Origin: Penicillus capitatus
Lineage: Eukaryota; Plantae; Chlorophyta
Reading direction: 5' to 3'
Assembly: GCA_965649825.1 (NCBI GenBank)
Contig: OZ287697.1
Coordinates: 2,156,351 to 2,220,350, forward strand
Length of the DNA stretch: 64,000 bases
Position numbers and translations under genes: made by a program. Numbering within the stretch: the stretch's first letter is position 1; each line of letters starts with the position of its first letter. Of the stretch, positions 10,792 through 22,621 are shown one piece after another. Under the pieces are notes generated by a model. The model saw only the letters and a list, made by a program, of their open reading frames with translations. It was not told where the DNA came from and ran no database searches.

Positions 10792-11627
10792 ACAGTTCAG
10801 TTGCGATGGCTCTAATGTCGAGCCATGGTCTTGATAGCATCATCCGTGGTGTGTTTTGCGGCCCTATTTTGTTATTGCCTTCCTGCTGTTCCATAGATCC
10901 GTTTCCAGTTTCTCTAGTGTTGTGCTATTTCTAGTCTCAAGTGCAAATTCAAAAAAAAAAGAGCGCTTGCGGATCTGAGGGATAGAGTGGAAGGAATGAT
11001 TGTTTGCAAACGACAGACATCTGATCTCCATGATTGTGCTTGGACAACAAGTGCTTCCAAATGAAGATAGTGATCCCAAAGAAGAGATTTAGATGCTTGG
11101 AGTATGTGGCGACTTTGGATTCTTTGAGAGCCTGACTGACTGAAGAATGGACTAACGGATGGGAACGGACACAATTATTTCGGAATCTCTTCCTTTGTTT
11201 CTGTATGTCTTAGAACAGAGCACTTGGCGTGGCAATGTCTCGTGGTTCTGGAAGGGAACCGACATCCTTTACCCTGACCAGAAGCGGACTGAGAGATTTG
11301 TAAGAATCTGTTGTGATTGTGTGCTCTCGACAGTCGTCGGCTAACCATTCCTTGTTGTCCAAATAAATTCGCCATGATACGAACAGAAGGGAGACTGAGA
11401 TAAAAGTGCCCAGCCGGTCATCCTCTTGTCACGCGGTCAGCAGATGGACAAGTCAATTTTTGAACCCCCTTCTTAAATCTCATCCGAACAATCGATCTGA
11501 CTCTGTCTGTCTATTCCATTGATCTTTGGGAACTCTCCATGCCTTGACATAGAAACAACAGAACTTAACATTCTCGACAAAAAACCAGTGTTTGATAAGA
11601 GTTGATACTCTAGAGCGAATAGTTGCG

Positions 11628-12804
11628 CTAGATGTCAAAATCATCAAGGTCTTCCGGCTCCGTGCTTGGCGGAGCAGTTTCTTTTTCTTCGGGATGGTAG
11701 CAAGTAGCCTGTAAGCACAAAATTTGATTCTTTATCTTGTATTCGCTAGGGCACTTACGTCTGGAGCATTGCTCCAATCGTTCCTGACGTTTCTGATCCA
11801 ATCCTCATACATTGACACATCGGTGAAGGCCGATACTGATGTATTATCGCAGGTGTGAGCGGGACCCAAGCGGTATGATGCTATCCCAAACACCATGTCG
11901 GGTTCACAGTCACTTCCACTGCTTGAAGGATTTTTCCGGAGAAACGGCCCTGAACAAACAGGTTTTGGATGAGCGATTCAGAATCTGATACCTCCCGAGT
12001 CTCCAGGGCACACACTGGCTTCCCCGTCTGTGCATATTATCGATCTGGGAGTTGGGGTCGATGGTGCTTTGGGTTTGCACAACTCATGTTCTACTACAGT
12101 CAGGGTTGCCTGTTGTAAGTTTTTAGGACGGTCGTAAGGCGGTATCCGTCCGCAACCCACGACGATAGCTTCATCGCCCTCTTCAATCCTCGTTGTAGAA
12201 ACATCCGGATAGCAAGGGGAAGACACCTTAAGACCCTGACCCGGCTGCGGTTTCAGCTTCAGTAAGGCGATATCATTTTCAGCGGATGGCGGATCGCCGG
12301 GAAACTTTGAGTGGTAGCAGAAATGTTCAATGTCCTTTAACATACAAAATAAGAGACGCATCAAGTAAAGGAAAATTACCAAGATTTCGGACTGTGCAGC
12401 TTTTGGGCATTTTGAGTCCGTGTGGCACATAACGCCAGTTTTCACTACTATTTCGTCTTCGGCTATACCGACCTTGGCTGCTTCTTGTTTGCAGTGAGCT
12501 CCCGTTAAGAAAACGTTCTCGCCGATAAGAGTGCCGCCGCACAGAAGACCGCCGGTTCGGGTCACAAAATAACATACGTACTCATAACTGCCTTTATCTG
12601 CTGTTTTTCTCCCTAGACAACGATTCTTGGACACCAATGCGCCAAGAGAGAAAGCTCAACGGCTATGTTGGCGAGAAGTTCGCTCTCGGGATAAGGATCT
12701 TGGATCCCTGCGTCGGCGAAGATAAGTCAAGATCGAGGTAAACGAGCCTTACCATAGGAAAAGTCATGCAAAAGCAACCAGGAGAAGAGCAAGGCGAACA
12801 GCAT
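11628..12804 (-). CDS. Secreted trypsin-family (S1) serine protease
   Basis: Signal peptide MLFALLFSWLLLHDFSYG. The catalytic triad is intact: CGGTLIGENVFLTGAHC, ENDIALLKL, CPGDSGG. C-terminal FTDVSMYEDWI followed by an acidic tail. The intron 2 boundary is ambiguous. Confidence 0.85.
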
Positions 12805-15261
12805 GTTGACGTACGCAGCACGCGAAAAACTCCGATCAAGGCTAAAGGATGAAAACCACAGAACGGCTCTCCTTTAAAGGCATCCGGTAAAACCGTCGCG
12901 TGCTGTCTGTTCCAAAAATGAGACACTTGTTATCCGTGAGTCTATTTGCAACGACAGTGACTTTTCCATCGCATCTAAATTTGACTTTGGGCCACATGCA
13001 AGCTTATGAGTCTTCTAGAAACCGAACTGTTTCATAATGCCCTTGAACAGACACAGGAGAGTTGGTTCACACCATAAATGGAGGCGACTGTTGTTAGGCG
13101 ATCAGTCAAATTAGAGAGTATCATGAAAATCCCAACTGTTCGAATCTCTGACTCATGTCCGCACAATATTCATGTCACCTAATGTCGAGAGTAACAAGTG
13201 GCAGAGCAGTCGAAAATTGTTTTCGGCGATGATTGCACACTCCCTTGTATGACTTTGCGTCGTTGCCATCTCCATGCGACAGTGCCAGGCGACACTGACA
13301 GACTTGATTGCTTCAAACAATGATTCTTTTTCCTGACAACATGAACTCAAGCTGAATGAGGCTTTACTGACAAGATCTGGAAAGTTACGGAATCGAGTAG
13401 ACTCTCTTCTGGCTTGACAGAGGATACAGACAAGTGATCTCCAAACTCCGAGTAGTAATCGGCCCTCGAAATATAGGAGAAGCTGATCGCGGTCTTTCGC
13501 TCAATGATTTCGGCAAAAGATGTGTGGGTCTATGAATTGGCTATCAAAACATCTTTACCGAATTCAAAAAAAAAAACTCTGGACCCTCCGAAGGTTTAGG
13601 AAACATACAGCATTCTTCAGTGGGCAAACGGTCGGTCATTATGAATGAAACTTTGCAAGGATATTCTGCAGGACGCAGCACGGAGTTTGCTCTCTCGAAC
13701 GCATGATGAATTCTTACACCGCATCGAATCACTTTTCCAAAAGCATTTTGCACTAGAAAACGAAAGTCTCACAGCACAAATCGTTAGATTGTTGTATAGA
13801 CATGTGTGTGCTCGTTAGAAATCCCCCTCCTTATGTAAGATTTTTTAGCTTGGATCATGTTAAAAATCATGTCTCCATTCACGAAGAACGCTGAGCTGTT
13901 GGTCCCGGCCTTTTCCGAATAGGGGCTACTTTTACGACAAATCGAGGCGAGCGAAACCTTCACAGTGAACAAAAGTTGTATCACAAGAGATGGACGCCAA
14001 ATGGCGGCGCGGAGCAGAATGTGTTTTAAGACAGTTCTGTACGAGATGCTAAAGTTGGCTAGAAAGTACGTCGTGTTACAGAAGGAATCGATCCAGCGGA
14101 CATGCAGGCATCTTCATCCTATGCCGTCGTCGATCGTCAGTGTGGAGGAACCAACTGATGCTTTGATTTTAAGAAACAGTTGCGGAAAGTTTAGGACGAC
14201 GGTATTCTCGCGTAGAAAAGTTACCGGCGGCGTCGCCCTTCTCTTCATGCGGAAGGACTTTTACCAAAATCTCATCTTGTAGAACCCAGTACGCCGAAAA
14301 TGATGTCTGAAGGAATGCGTTCGTCTGTGTTCTGAATACTGCGGCATCGATTCGCTACTGAAATCGAGATCGTGCTAAGCAGCTTACGTCGAAGAAAACG
14401 GCGTGTTACATTAGAACGCTGAGTGTCAGCTTCTCTATTTCGTGGCGGAAGAGTTAGAGAAATTGAAATAGGTGAACTGCTGTCTGGCTTCTGAGTCCTG
14501 ACCAAGCCGACCGAAAGGGTTTGGTGTGATAGAGCAGCACCCGGACGATTTTAAAACATATACGGGAGAGACTTACCAGACAGATGGTTCAAGTAGAAGA
14601 ATAGTTGCTCCTTTTGTCACTGAGGTTTCGAGTTGCCTGCCTGCCTGCCTGTCTTGCATCCAAGACAACAGAGATGGGATGATTTTACAGAAGTAGTAGC
14701 ATTCGATTGATGGAATAGTGTTCCTGGTTGAGGTATTATTTCCGCTCATTCGGGCGTCATCAACGAAATTGCCTTGCGGGCGCGTAAATGGGATGCATTG
14801 GCGGTCAAGTGATCTAGAAGGCAGCTTCTCCTAGATGCAGGAATAATTAGTCATGGCAATACTTCATGTGTACGTAACGCTATGTAATGGTGTTTTCCTT
14901 CATGCATTTTCCCATTTTGTAATGGACAAGATCACTAACTCAACGGACGATGTCACTTCGAAAAGACTTCTCTTCACGCAAAGATTTTTAATACATTTCA
15001 GCAGTAGCTGCACAGCTCTGCTTGGATTGGTGCAATTCTCGATGACTCGCTCGTTCTTGCGAGTTTTCTGTTTTCTTTTTGATTTCTGTGAGTTATCCGA
15101 CTCTCAGATTCACAATGGTAAATTCTTCAATGAGAGTGATGGAGTTGGTCTGGGATATCGGATCAAATGTAGTGAGAGAGGCTGCATGGAAAACCAGGAG
15201 GTTGAAACTCAGCCAAGCCTTGGGCACATAGCTGCATTTGTCATATCTGATGTGACCGCCA

Positions 15262-15624
15262 AGTTTTGGTCACCGAATTAGCCCGGTGCTGTCTGGCGAG
15301 CTACGTGATCCGTTAGATCGGTGCTGTCTGGCGAAGGTTTTGGTCACCGAATTAGCCCGGTGCTGTCTGGCGAGCTACGTGATCCGTTAGATCGGTGCTG
15401 TCTGGCGAGCTACGTGATCCGTTAGATCGGTGCTGTCTGGCGAGAGTTTTGGTCACCGAATTAGCCGGTGCTGTCTGGCGAGCTACGTGATCCGTTAGAT
15501 CGGTGCTGTCTGGCGAGAGTTTTGGTCACCGAATTAGCCGGTGCTGTCTGGCGAGCTACGTGATCCGTTAGATCGGTGCTGTCTGGCGAGAGTTTTGGTC
15601 GCCGAATTAGCCCGGTGCTGTCTG
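15262..15624. repeat. Composite minisatellite: constant 17-mer alternating with two spacer types
   Basis: CGGTGCTGTCTGGCGAG occurs 10 times (one copy ends in A, the last is partial). It is separated by A = CTACGTGATCCGTTAGAT (5 copies) or B = AGTTTTGGTCACCGAATTAGC(C) (5 copies), in the order B-A-B-A-A-B-A-B-A-B. Confidence 0.95.
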
Positions 15625-17259
15625 AAGATAGAAGCCAGAGTAGCAAAAAACCCAGAAGTTAGTTGCCTGGTCAACAAGTTTTTGCTGCACCTTGGTGTTT
15701 GCTCCCTCCTCTTGGATCATTTCAGACAAAGTCTCGACATGAAACTCTTGGTTGTTCTCTTGGTACCTTTGGTGTTCTTGGAGTAGGACTGTTTTCTTTA
15801 AACTATTTCTGATGTTTCATGCAGGATTGCTTTTGTCAGAATGGTGGTGGAGATGGTGCCGCCACCAATGAACGTCAGTAGTTCTTGGTTTCTAGCTTAT
15901 GTCTAACAAAGACTTGCAGGAAGTTTATGTTCAAGTCGCATACGACGGGGCTGCCATCGGCGGCGTTCAATTTGTAGCAAGCATACAGCAATGCTGCGAT
16001 ATGTGCAAAGCATCCAGCGGTAACTAATTCTCTTTCTGACCGCTTAATTTGAGAGGTCTTCCTCTAGAGTGCGCCTACTACACTGCTGTCGAACTACCTT
16101 ACACTGGATATGATTGTTGGCCGTAGTACCATCAGCAGACCAGCAGCGTCAGCTGGGTTTCCATACTCAGGAGCAGTTACGCACAAGGCATGTCTCCCTT
16201 GTTTTGTCTCGTATTAAAACGGTCAGTCTAGGATGGCGAAGAAGCCGCAGAAGTCGATCCCTGTTCACACAAATATAGAGTCAGATACACACACCCAACT
16301 ACCACTATAGGAAGGATATTAACCATGGGAGCATGCTGTAGAGCGTGCTTGCATAATCCTGAACGTAAGTCCGACAGTCCTCGACTCTTATTGTTTTTTG
16401 TACGGCTGGCATCAACTGGTCCTATAATATTCCAGCTGGAGTCTGCTATTTGCACCAGAACATCGCGAAACATGTCGACGATCCAGTTTTCATTTCCAGC
16501 TGGGAAAACCTGCCTTCTAAGGCCACATACCGCTCCTACGTTGTTTAAAGCTGTCTCAATCCCATGCCGGTCGTGGTTCACCAGCCCATGGCCCAACGCA
16601 AAGCCCATTGTCCCATCATTATTGTTCTACATTTTTGTCTAGATGTAACCTGACGTCCAACTGTCCGACGTTGCAATTGTTGATGTCATTAGATCCTGTA
16701 GATGAATCGCATGTGGCAATTCGTACGTTTCGCGTTCGTTGCAACTCCACGCCAAACGTGAACGTACAGCGACTGTCTCTGAGAGACCGCCCTTTCGACA
16801 TTTCTCAAGGTATTGAGAGAAATGCGTGGAGCGATGTTTGCTCAAGCAGAGAAGAAACTGTTGATGATAGATCCAGTGTCTTTCCTACCGGCCAAATCAC
16901 GAGACATGCAGTATACCTACAAACTTTAGAAGCGAAATCAGTCTTCGGAGATTAAACGAGCTTTCACAAATAACAAGTCTTTGAGTTCGAGCGACTGGAG
17001 GGTTACGACCGCACATTGTTTTAGCTACACGAGAGATGAAGAGGTGGTCACGCAAGAAGCGTTAAACGCGACGTCGCCGAGGGCCGGTAAAGCCTTTAGG
17101 ATGAAAACTTTAATGCACATGAGGAAGTTCTTCTCGTCATTTATTGCATTTTGCTGCACCGACAACATTTTGTGTGCCGATTTTGACAACTGTCGTCATC
17201 ATTGTTCGCTTATCTACCAAGTACTGTGCTTCTCCATCGACACCGACGCGAGCGTTGCA

Positions 17260-18528
17260 ATGGACGACGTAGAACACGTCGAAGTGGATCTGCAGCTGCG
17301 ACCAACTGGCGATGTTGCCGTCGTTCTGCATTTACTTTCCGACGATGAGGGTGCTCAAGAAAGTCTAGACGGCAACGGACCTCCACCCGAATCCGTACTG
17401 ACGTCGTTCGAGTGGTCAGCAGATGCCAATTACATGCGTGACCATATGGCAAAGCTCGTGGCCTTCACGCCCGACTTGGACGTTCTGCGTCTTTCCAACT
17501 GCGACTCCGTCACGGACCATGTGCTTGAAATCCTGTCCCCGCTCACGAATCTCGCCTGGTTGGATCTCAGTCGATGCAGCTACATCACAGATGAAGGCAT
17601 GCCATGGCTCAAATCTTTTTCGAATTTGGAGCATCTGGATCTCGACCAGTGCATTGGCGTCGGCGATGCGGGGATTCAGGAACTGGCCTGTTTAGCCAAA
17701 CTGACGTACTTGGACATCGGTCGACCTCCACGGGATATCTGGCTGTCACACATTTCATCTTATGCCCGTCAGCTACCCAGCAAAGGCGAAAAGATTACAG
17801 ACAGTACATTGATTGCGCTGGAATCACTGAAACAGCTCGAATGGCTGGGTTTGAACTATACAGACATTACCGGTCAGGGACTGGCGGCGCTGTCCCAGTA
17901 CGAACAGCTGGAACGATTAGAGTTAGGCGGATGCGATATCGCCGATGTCGAGGCTCTCTGCGATATTCCCCAGCTAAAATTTCTTTCCCTCAGAAACTGC
18001 GACAGCGTATCAGACGGAACAGTTGTCACGCTGGGGAAGATTACACAGTTAATGGGGTTAGACTTGGGTGGATGCGATTTCATTACAGACGATGGTCTTG
18101 AGCCTCTCATGTCACTGCAGGAGCTTCGCACCCTCAGTGTTGCCCGCTGCAAGCGACTGACCCACGACGGGCTGCTCTACATCGGCTATCTGTACAATCT
18201 GAGACACTTGGACCTGAGTGGCTTGGAAAACCTCTTTGGCTACGGACTGGATAGTCTGAGTCAGTTGAATGAACTCTGGTGGTTGAATCTAACGGGAAAC
18301 AAAAACGTCACAGACGATGGTCTTAAATGCCTGACGTCGCTGCAATCGCTGAAGCTGCTTGGATTAGGAAGCTGCATTAAAGTCACGCTGGATGGCCTCA
18401 ATCACTTTTTGCCGTATCTGAAGAATCTGAAATTTCTGGATCTCTCACATACGCCACGGATTCGACCGCGATCCAGATTGGCTCCTTTGCGTGAGAAGTA
18501 TGTTTTTGTCAAGGTACAAACCGGATAG
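17260..18528 (+). CDS. Cysteine-containing LRR protein (FBXL/AMN1-type repeats), intronless
   Basis: A single long ORF with about 14 repeats such as LxxLDLSRCSYITDEGM, LDLGGCDFITDDGL and LSLRNCDSVSDGTV. No F-box is visible. The start may be further upstream (ATG 17101). Confidence 0.85.
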   Translation: MDDVEHVEVDLQLRPTGDVAVVLHLLSDDEGAQESLDGNGPPPESVLTSFEWSADANYMRDHMAKLVAFTPDLDVLRLSNCDSVTDHVLEILSPLTNLAWLDLSRCSYITDEGMPWLKSFSNLEHLDLDQCIGVGDAGIQELACLAKLTYLDIGRPPRDIWLSHISSYARQLPSKGEKITDSTLIALESLKQLEWLGLNYTDITGQGLAALSQYEQLERLELGGCDIADVEALCDIPQLKFLSLRNCDSVSDGTVVTLGKITQLMGLDLGGCDFITDDGLEPLMSLQELRTLSVARCKRLTHDGLLYIGYLYNLRHLDLSGLENLFGYGLDSLSQLNELWWLNLTGNKNVTDDGLKCLTSLQSLKLLGLGSCIKVTLDGLNHFLPYLKNLKFLDLSHTPRIRPRSRLAPLREKYVFVKVQTG

Positions 18529-18701
18529 AACTTAATTTTGGCTCTGTGTATCGGTGATACCGACGACATAGAAACACTTCTTCCAAATAAACCGTTGAGA
18601 ACACTGCAATAAACGATCTCTGCTTTCCATACGTCTGAGCTGTAATCATTACAAGAGACAGCGATTGAAGGAGAGACGCCGCGTCGTCGAAACAGAAAGG
18701 G

Positions 18702-20074
18702 ATGTTATCCGTATTGTCATGGACGCGCGTCCATTGCAGGCTTTGTCGCAGCACCAGTCCTCGACCACGACGCCCTTCGCTGCAAATTGCACCTCGGCGT
18801 CCCCGTCGTCCGTTTCTCATATCCTGTCGGGCTCATAAGATCGCTGTCCTCCCCGGGGACGGTATTGGTCCTGAGATCACGAAGGTTGCCGTGCCTCTGC
18901 TAAAGGCAGCCGGTGATCGGGCAGGAACCGAATTCGTGTTCGAAGAAGCTGCCTTTGGTGGCGTGGCGATCGATACCAAGGGATCCGCTTTACCGATAGA
19001 AACGCTCAAAATTTGCCAGAAGAGTGATGCCGTGCTGTTGGGAGCTATCGGAGGAGATCAATGGAATGCTCTCCCTCCACAGGACCGTCCCGAGCGTGGA
19101 TTGCTTAACCTTCGATCCGAGCTAAAGACATTCGCCAACCTACGTCCAGCTCTCGTCCTTCCCCAGGTCCACCCTCACTTCGTTCAGCATGATGGACTGT
19201 GATAAGATGATGTGACAGCTAGCAGCTGCATCCAGTTTGAAAAAAGAAGTCATATCGGGCGTAGATCTCATGATCATTCGAGAACTGAACAGTGGCATCT
19301 ATTACGGAGAGCCGAGAGTGGGTCATAGCGGCATCACACATTTGATGAGTAAGGAAGATGTGTGAGATAGGGGATCAAGACGACAAAAGGAGAACGCATT
19401 GGATTCAATTCCATGGTCTATTCTGAGTCAGAGATCGAGAACATCGCCCGTGTGGCGTTTGATCTCGCCATGAAACGCGGCAGACGACTCTGCTCTGTTG
19501 GCAAATCGAATGTCTTGGAAGTCTACCGTCTGTGGGAAGAAGTGGTGAACCGAGTGGCAAAGGACTTCCCTGAGGTGCAGGTGGAGCATATGTATGTCGA
19601 CAACGCCTGTATGCAACTCATCAGTCGCCCCATGTACTTTGACACCATCGTGACAGGTCTCAACAACACTTTGGGAGTCTTCTCCATGACAACGATGAGA
19701 TCATAGGCAACATGTTTGGTGATATCATGTCCGATGCAGCTGCTGCATTGACAGGGAGCTTAGGTTTGCTCCCCTCTGCCAGTCTCAGCAGTTCGGGACC
19801 TGGATTGTTCGAACCGGTGCATGGCTCGGCACCGACGTTGGCTGGAAAAGATGTGGCCAATCCTCTTGCCATGGTCCTCTCTGCGTCCATGATGTGCAGA
19901 TACGGATTGGATGTGCCAAAAGCTGCAGATCTCATCGAATCTGCCGTGACACGTGTGTTGGACAAAGGCTACCGGACAATGGACATTCAGTCCGAAGGCA
20001 CAGAAGTGGTGAGCTGCTCTCGAATGGGCGAGCTGCTGGTGGAAGAGATCAAAACACCGGTTCGTCATGCTTGA
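18702..20074 (+). CDS. leuB: 3-isopropylmalate dehydrogenase, plastid
   Basis: Arg/Ser-rich transit peptide, then [64 protein letters not shown] and FEPVHGSAP. Confidence 0.95.
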
Positions 20075-20077
20075 GTG

Positions 20078-20682
20078 TCACGGAAAGGCGGCTTTTAGTC
20101 TCTCCTTAAGCTTCGGCAACTTTCCCTTCATTTCTTTCGCGCACTCGTCCACGCATTTCGTAGCTCGGGCCTGCAAACCAAAAACGCACAGGGCTGAGCA
20201 TACAGGTTCTCAATGCAGATCCACTTGAGCGCTGGAAATCTCGTTTGGACTGGGACGAGCAGATAAGGAATCTTTGACAGCATCTTGACATTGCATGGCA
20301 CATCGCTGCAGACGTTGCTACGAAGAACACCCGCGTCATAGAGGCAGACATCGGGCTGTTCGTGGACCTGGAAGTTTTGAAGCTCTGCGTCCATGGCGCT
20401 CTGTGCCGCCTCGACCACCTGTCCGCACTGACCTACGCTATTGTACACCGATCTGCTTCGAACGTCAAGGGCAGACATGTCGGCGCACCAGGACTGCAGT
20501 TCGCGTCGGTCTCTACTCTTCTCGCAGCATTGCGTCTGACAGAGGAAAGATTCTCGCAACGTCGGAAAAAAGTGTTTCCTGTCGACCTCTGCCAACACAC
20601 CGTCGAGAGCCTAATATCCGGCTCTGAAGAAAACAGGTTTTGCAGACGGAGGCGGTGTCACTTTTTCTAAACTCTCGGTCAT
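20078..20682 (-). CDS. FAM136A: FAM136A/DUF842 family protein (5 exons)
   Basis: Reconstructed as MTESLEK|ALDGVLAEVDRKHFFPTLRESFLCQTQCCE...ELQS|CVGQCGQVVEAAQSAMDAELQNFQ|QRLQRCAMQCQDAVKD...SSAQ|ARATKCVDECAKEMKGKLPKLKERLKAAFP*. The FQxRLQRCAMQCQD and CxxxC motifs are diagnostic. Confidence 0.8.
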
Positions 20683-20707
20683 CGGCGACAGGGAATGATT
20701 CAATGCG

Positions 20708-21485
20708 ATGACGTTTCGGCTTCATGCAGCATGTCGATGTGGACGTCTCGAAGCGATTCGGCAGGCAATTGCGGAGGGCAATGCAAAGGGCTATCCGCCG
20801 AGTGTCACCTTACAGCAGCGCGATCCGATTCTCGGTGCCATGCCGCTGCACTGCGCTGCGGAACATGGACATCTCGCTCTCGTCCATGCCCTCGTTCGTC
20901 ACAAGGCATGCATTTCTCTGTTCTCTCCCTCTGGAGACGAAGAGTACGTCACAGGTTGACATCGACGCCGGAGATAGCAGTGGAACGACGGCGCTACATG
21001 TGGCGTCCATTCGTGGCCACGTGACCATTGTGGAGTACTTATTGCAACAAGGAGCAAGGGCAGATCTAGCTGACGTCTATGGCAATACGGCGCTCCATTG
21101 GTTGGCGACGACGGAGAACGAAGAGATCGTCGAGCTGCTCCTGAACAACAGAACGCCATTCGAGCTCCGCAATCGTCGTGGATGGACGCCACTTATGACG
21201 GCCGTTTTCTGCAGACGGCATGCCATTGTTGCTTATCTCTTGAACCGAGGAGCGCATATCAACGCTGTCAACAACGATGGCAACACACCATTGCACTTGG
21301 CGTGCAACCAAAACGACGAAGCAATGATTCAACTCCTCCTGCTTCACCATCCAAGCCTTGGCATCGCAAATCACGCAGGACAAAAACCGACGGCCATGTG
21401 CCACAGTGCAGATCTTGTCGATCTCCTACGAGATGCCAACGATTCCATATCGAGTGACGAAGAATACGATATAGATATGGCCTAA
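20708..21485 (+). CDS. Ankyrin repeat protein (about 5-6 repeats, one intron)
   Basis: LHAACRCG; GAMPLHCAAEHGH; GTTALHVASIRGH; GNTALHWLA; GWTPLMTAV; GNTPLHLAC. Confidence 0.88.
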
Positions 21486-21754
21486 TCTGAACAACACCGT
21501 CACGAAGCATAGACACCGAAGTCTTGTACCGCCACTCCATCAAACGACGAAACGTGACGTGTAAATGCATTGCGTTGGATCGTGGCATGGGTCGGTCTCG
21601 ACCACAACGCCGGCGACACCATTCTGTCTAGGATGGATGTCTAATGAATGTGATTGTACGCCAGAGGGACGGTACGGCGTTGTCCGTCTGACTTGGCATC
21701 CGTCTTTTGTTTCGCGAGATCTCGTTTCTTGGCTTTTTCTTTCAGTGCTCGAAG

Positions 21755-22507
21755 ATGGCTCAGGTTTCGAGTTTTTTGGGCAAGCCTATTGCCGTGGCTT
21801 TTCCGCAGCCCCATGCAGCTGCGCCACGTCGTATGTTCGTTCGTGCAGAAGCGGATGCCCAATCGACGACGCGTCGAGTCGCTCTTTTGGGCAGCGTCAC
21901 GGCAGCCGGTGCCATTCTTACCCGGGTCGAGTCTTCCTTCGCAGCCTATGGCGAAGCTGCAAAAGTTTTTGGCAAACCAACCGACACATCTGGTTTCATT
22001 CCATTCGTCGGCGAAGGCTTCGCTCTTCTGCTACCGTCAAAATGGAATCCGTCTAAAGAAGCCGAATTTCCCGGAACTGTCCTGCGTTGGGAAGACAATT
22101 CTGACGCCCTTACGCACGTGGTGATTACCAGAACGCCGACAGACAAAACATCGATTGAGCAAGTCGCAACGCCCGAGAAGTTCCTCGAATCCATCAGCTA
22201 CTACATTGGAAAACAAGTATTCAAGGGAGAGACAGCTTCCGAAGGCGGCTTTGCTAAAGATAAGGTCTCCACGGCGAGTCTTCTGGACCAAGATACCGTC
22301 AAGGACAAGAATGGACGTTCCTATTACAAATACAATTTGTTGGTTCGTGCTGCTGATGGCAATGAAGGCGGACGTCATGTGTTGCTGACGGCGACGGTGG
22401 GAAGCGGCAGCATTTTTGTGGCCAAGATTCAGTGTGGAGATAAGAGATGGTTCAAAGGTGCCGATAAACAAGCACTGAAAGTGAGCGATTCGTTTACCGT
22501 TGCTTGA
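21755..22507 (+). CDS. psbP: Photosystem II oxygen-evolving enhancer protein 2 (23 kDa)
   Basis: Bipartite transit peptide with twin Arg (TRRVALLG) and cleavage site SFA|AYGEAAKVFG; FALLLPSKWNPSKEAEFPG; GETASEGGF; RAADGNEGGRH; GDKRWFKG. Confidence 0.96.
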   Translation: MAQVSSFLGKPIAVAFPQPHAAAPRRMFVRAEADAQSTTRRVALLGSVTAAGAILTRVESSFAAYGEAAKVFGKPTDTSGFIPFVGEGFALLLPSKWNPSKEAEFPGTVLRWEDNSDALTHVVITRTPTDKTSIEQVATPEKFLESISYYIGKQVFKGETASEGGFAKDKVSTASLLDQDTVKDKNGRSYYKYNLLVRAADGNEGGRHVLLTATVGSGSIFVAKIQCGDKRWFKGADKQALKVSDSFTVA

Positions 22508-22621
22508 GGCATGGATGATGTGACGGATGGATGTGGGAGATGCACCGCACGGGCGAACGAACAAACAGCACCGTTGTTAAATGTTGTTTTTTGAGCGCTG
22601 TGCGTTGTTGTGGTCGTTACG

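Noticed and set aside
15262-15624. CRISPR array
   Set aside because: Only two spacer sequences recur, the repeat is 17 nt and not palindromic, no cas genes are present, and the context is eukaryotic. It is a composite minisatellite.
15740-15860. Pro-rich PRTPKVPREQPRV, reminiscent of copia gag-pol linkers
   Set aside because: The frame is broken by stops, and no integrase/RT motifs, LTRs or PBS were found.
16436-16650. GVCYLHQN...PVVVHQ, resembling kinase subdomain VI
   Set aside because: There is an in-frame stop, no other kinase subdomains nearby, and the match is too short.
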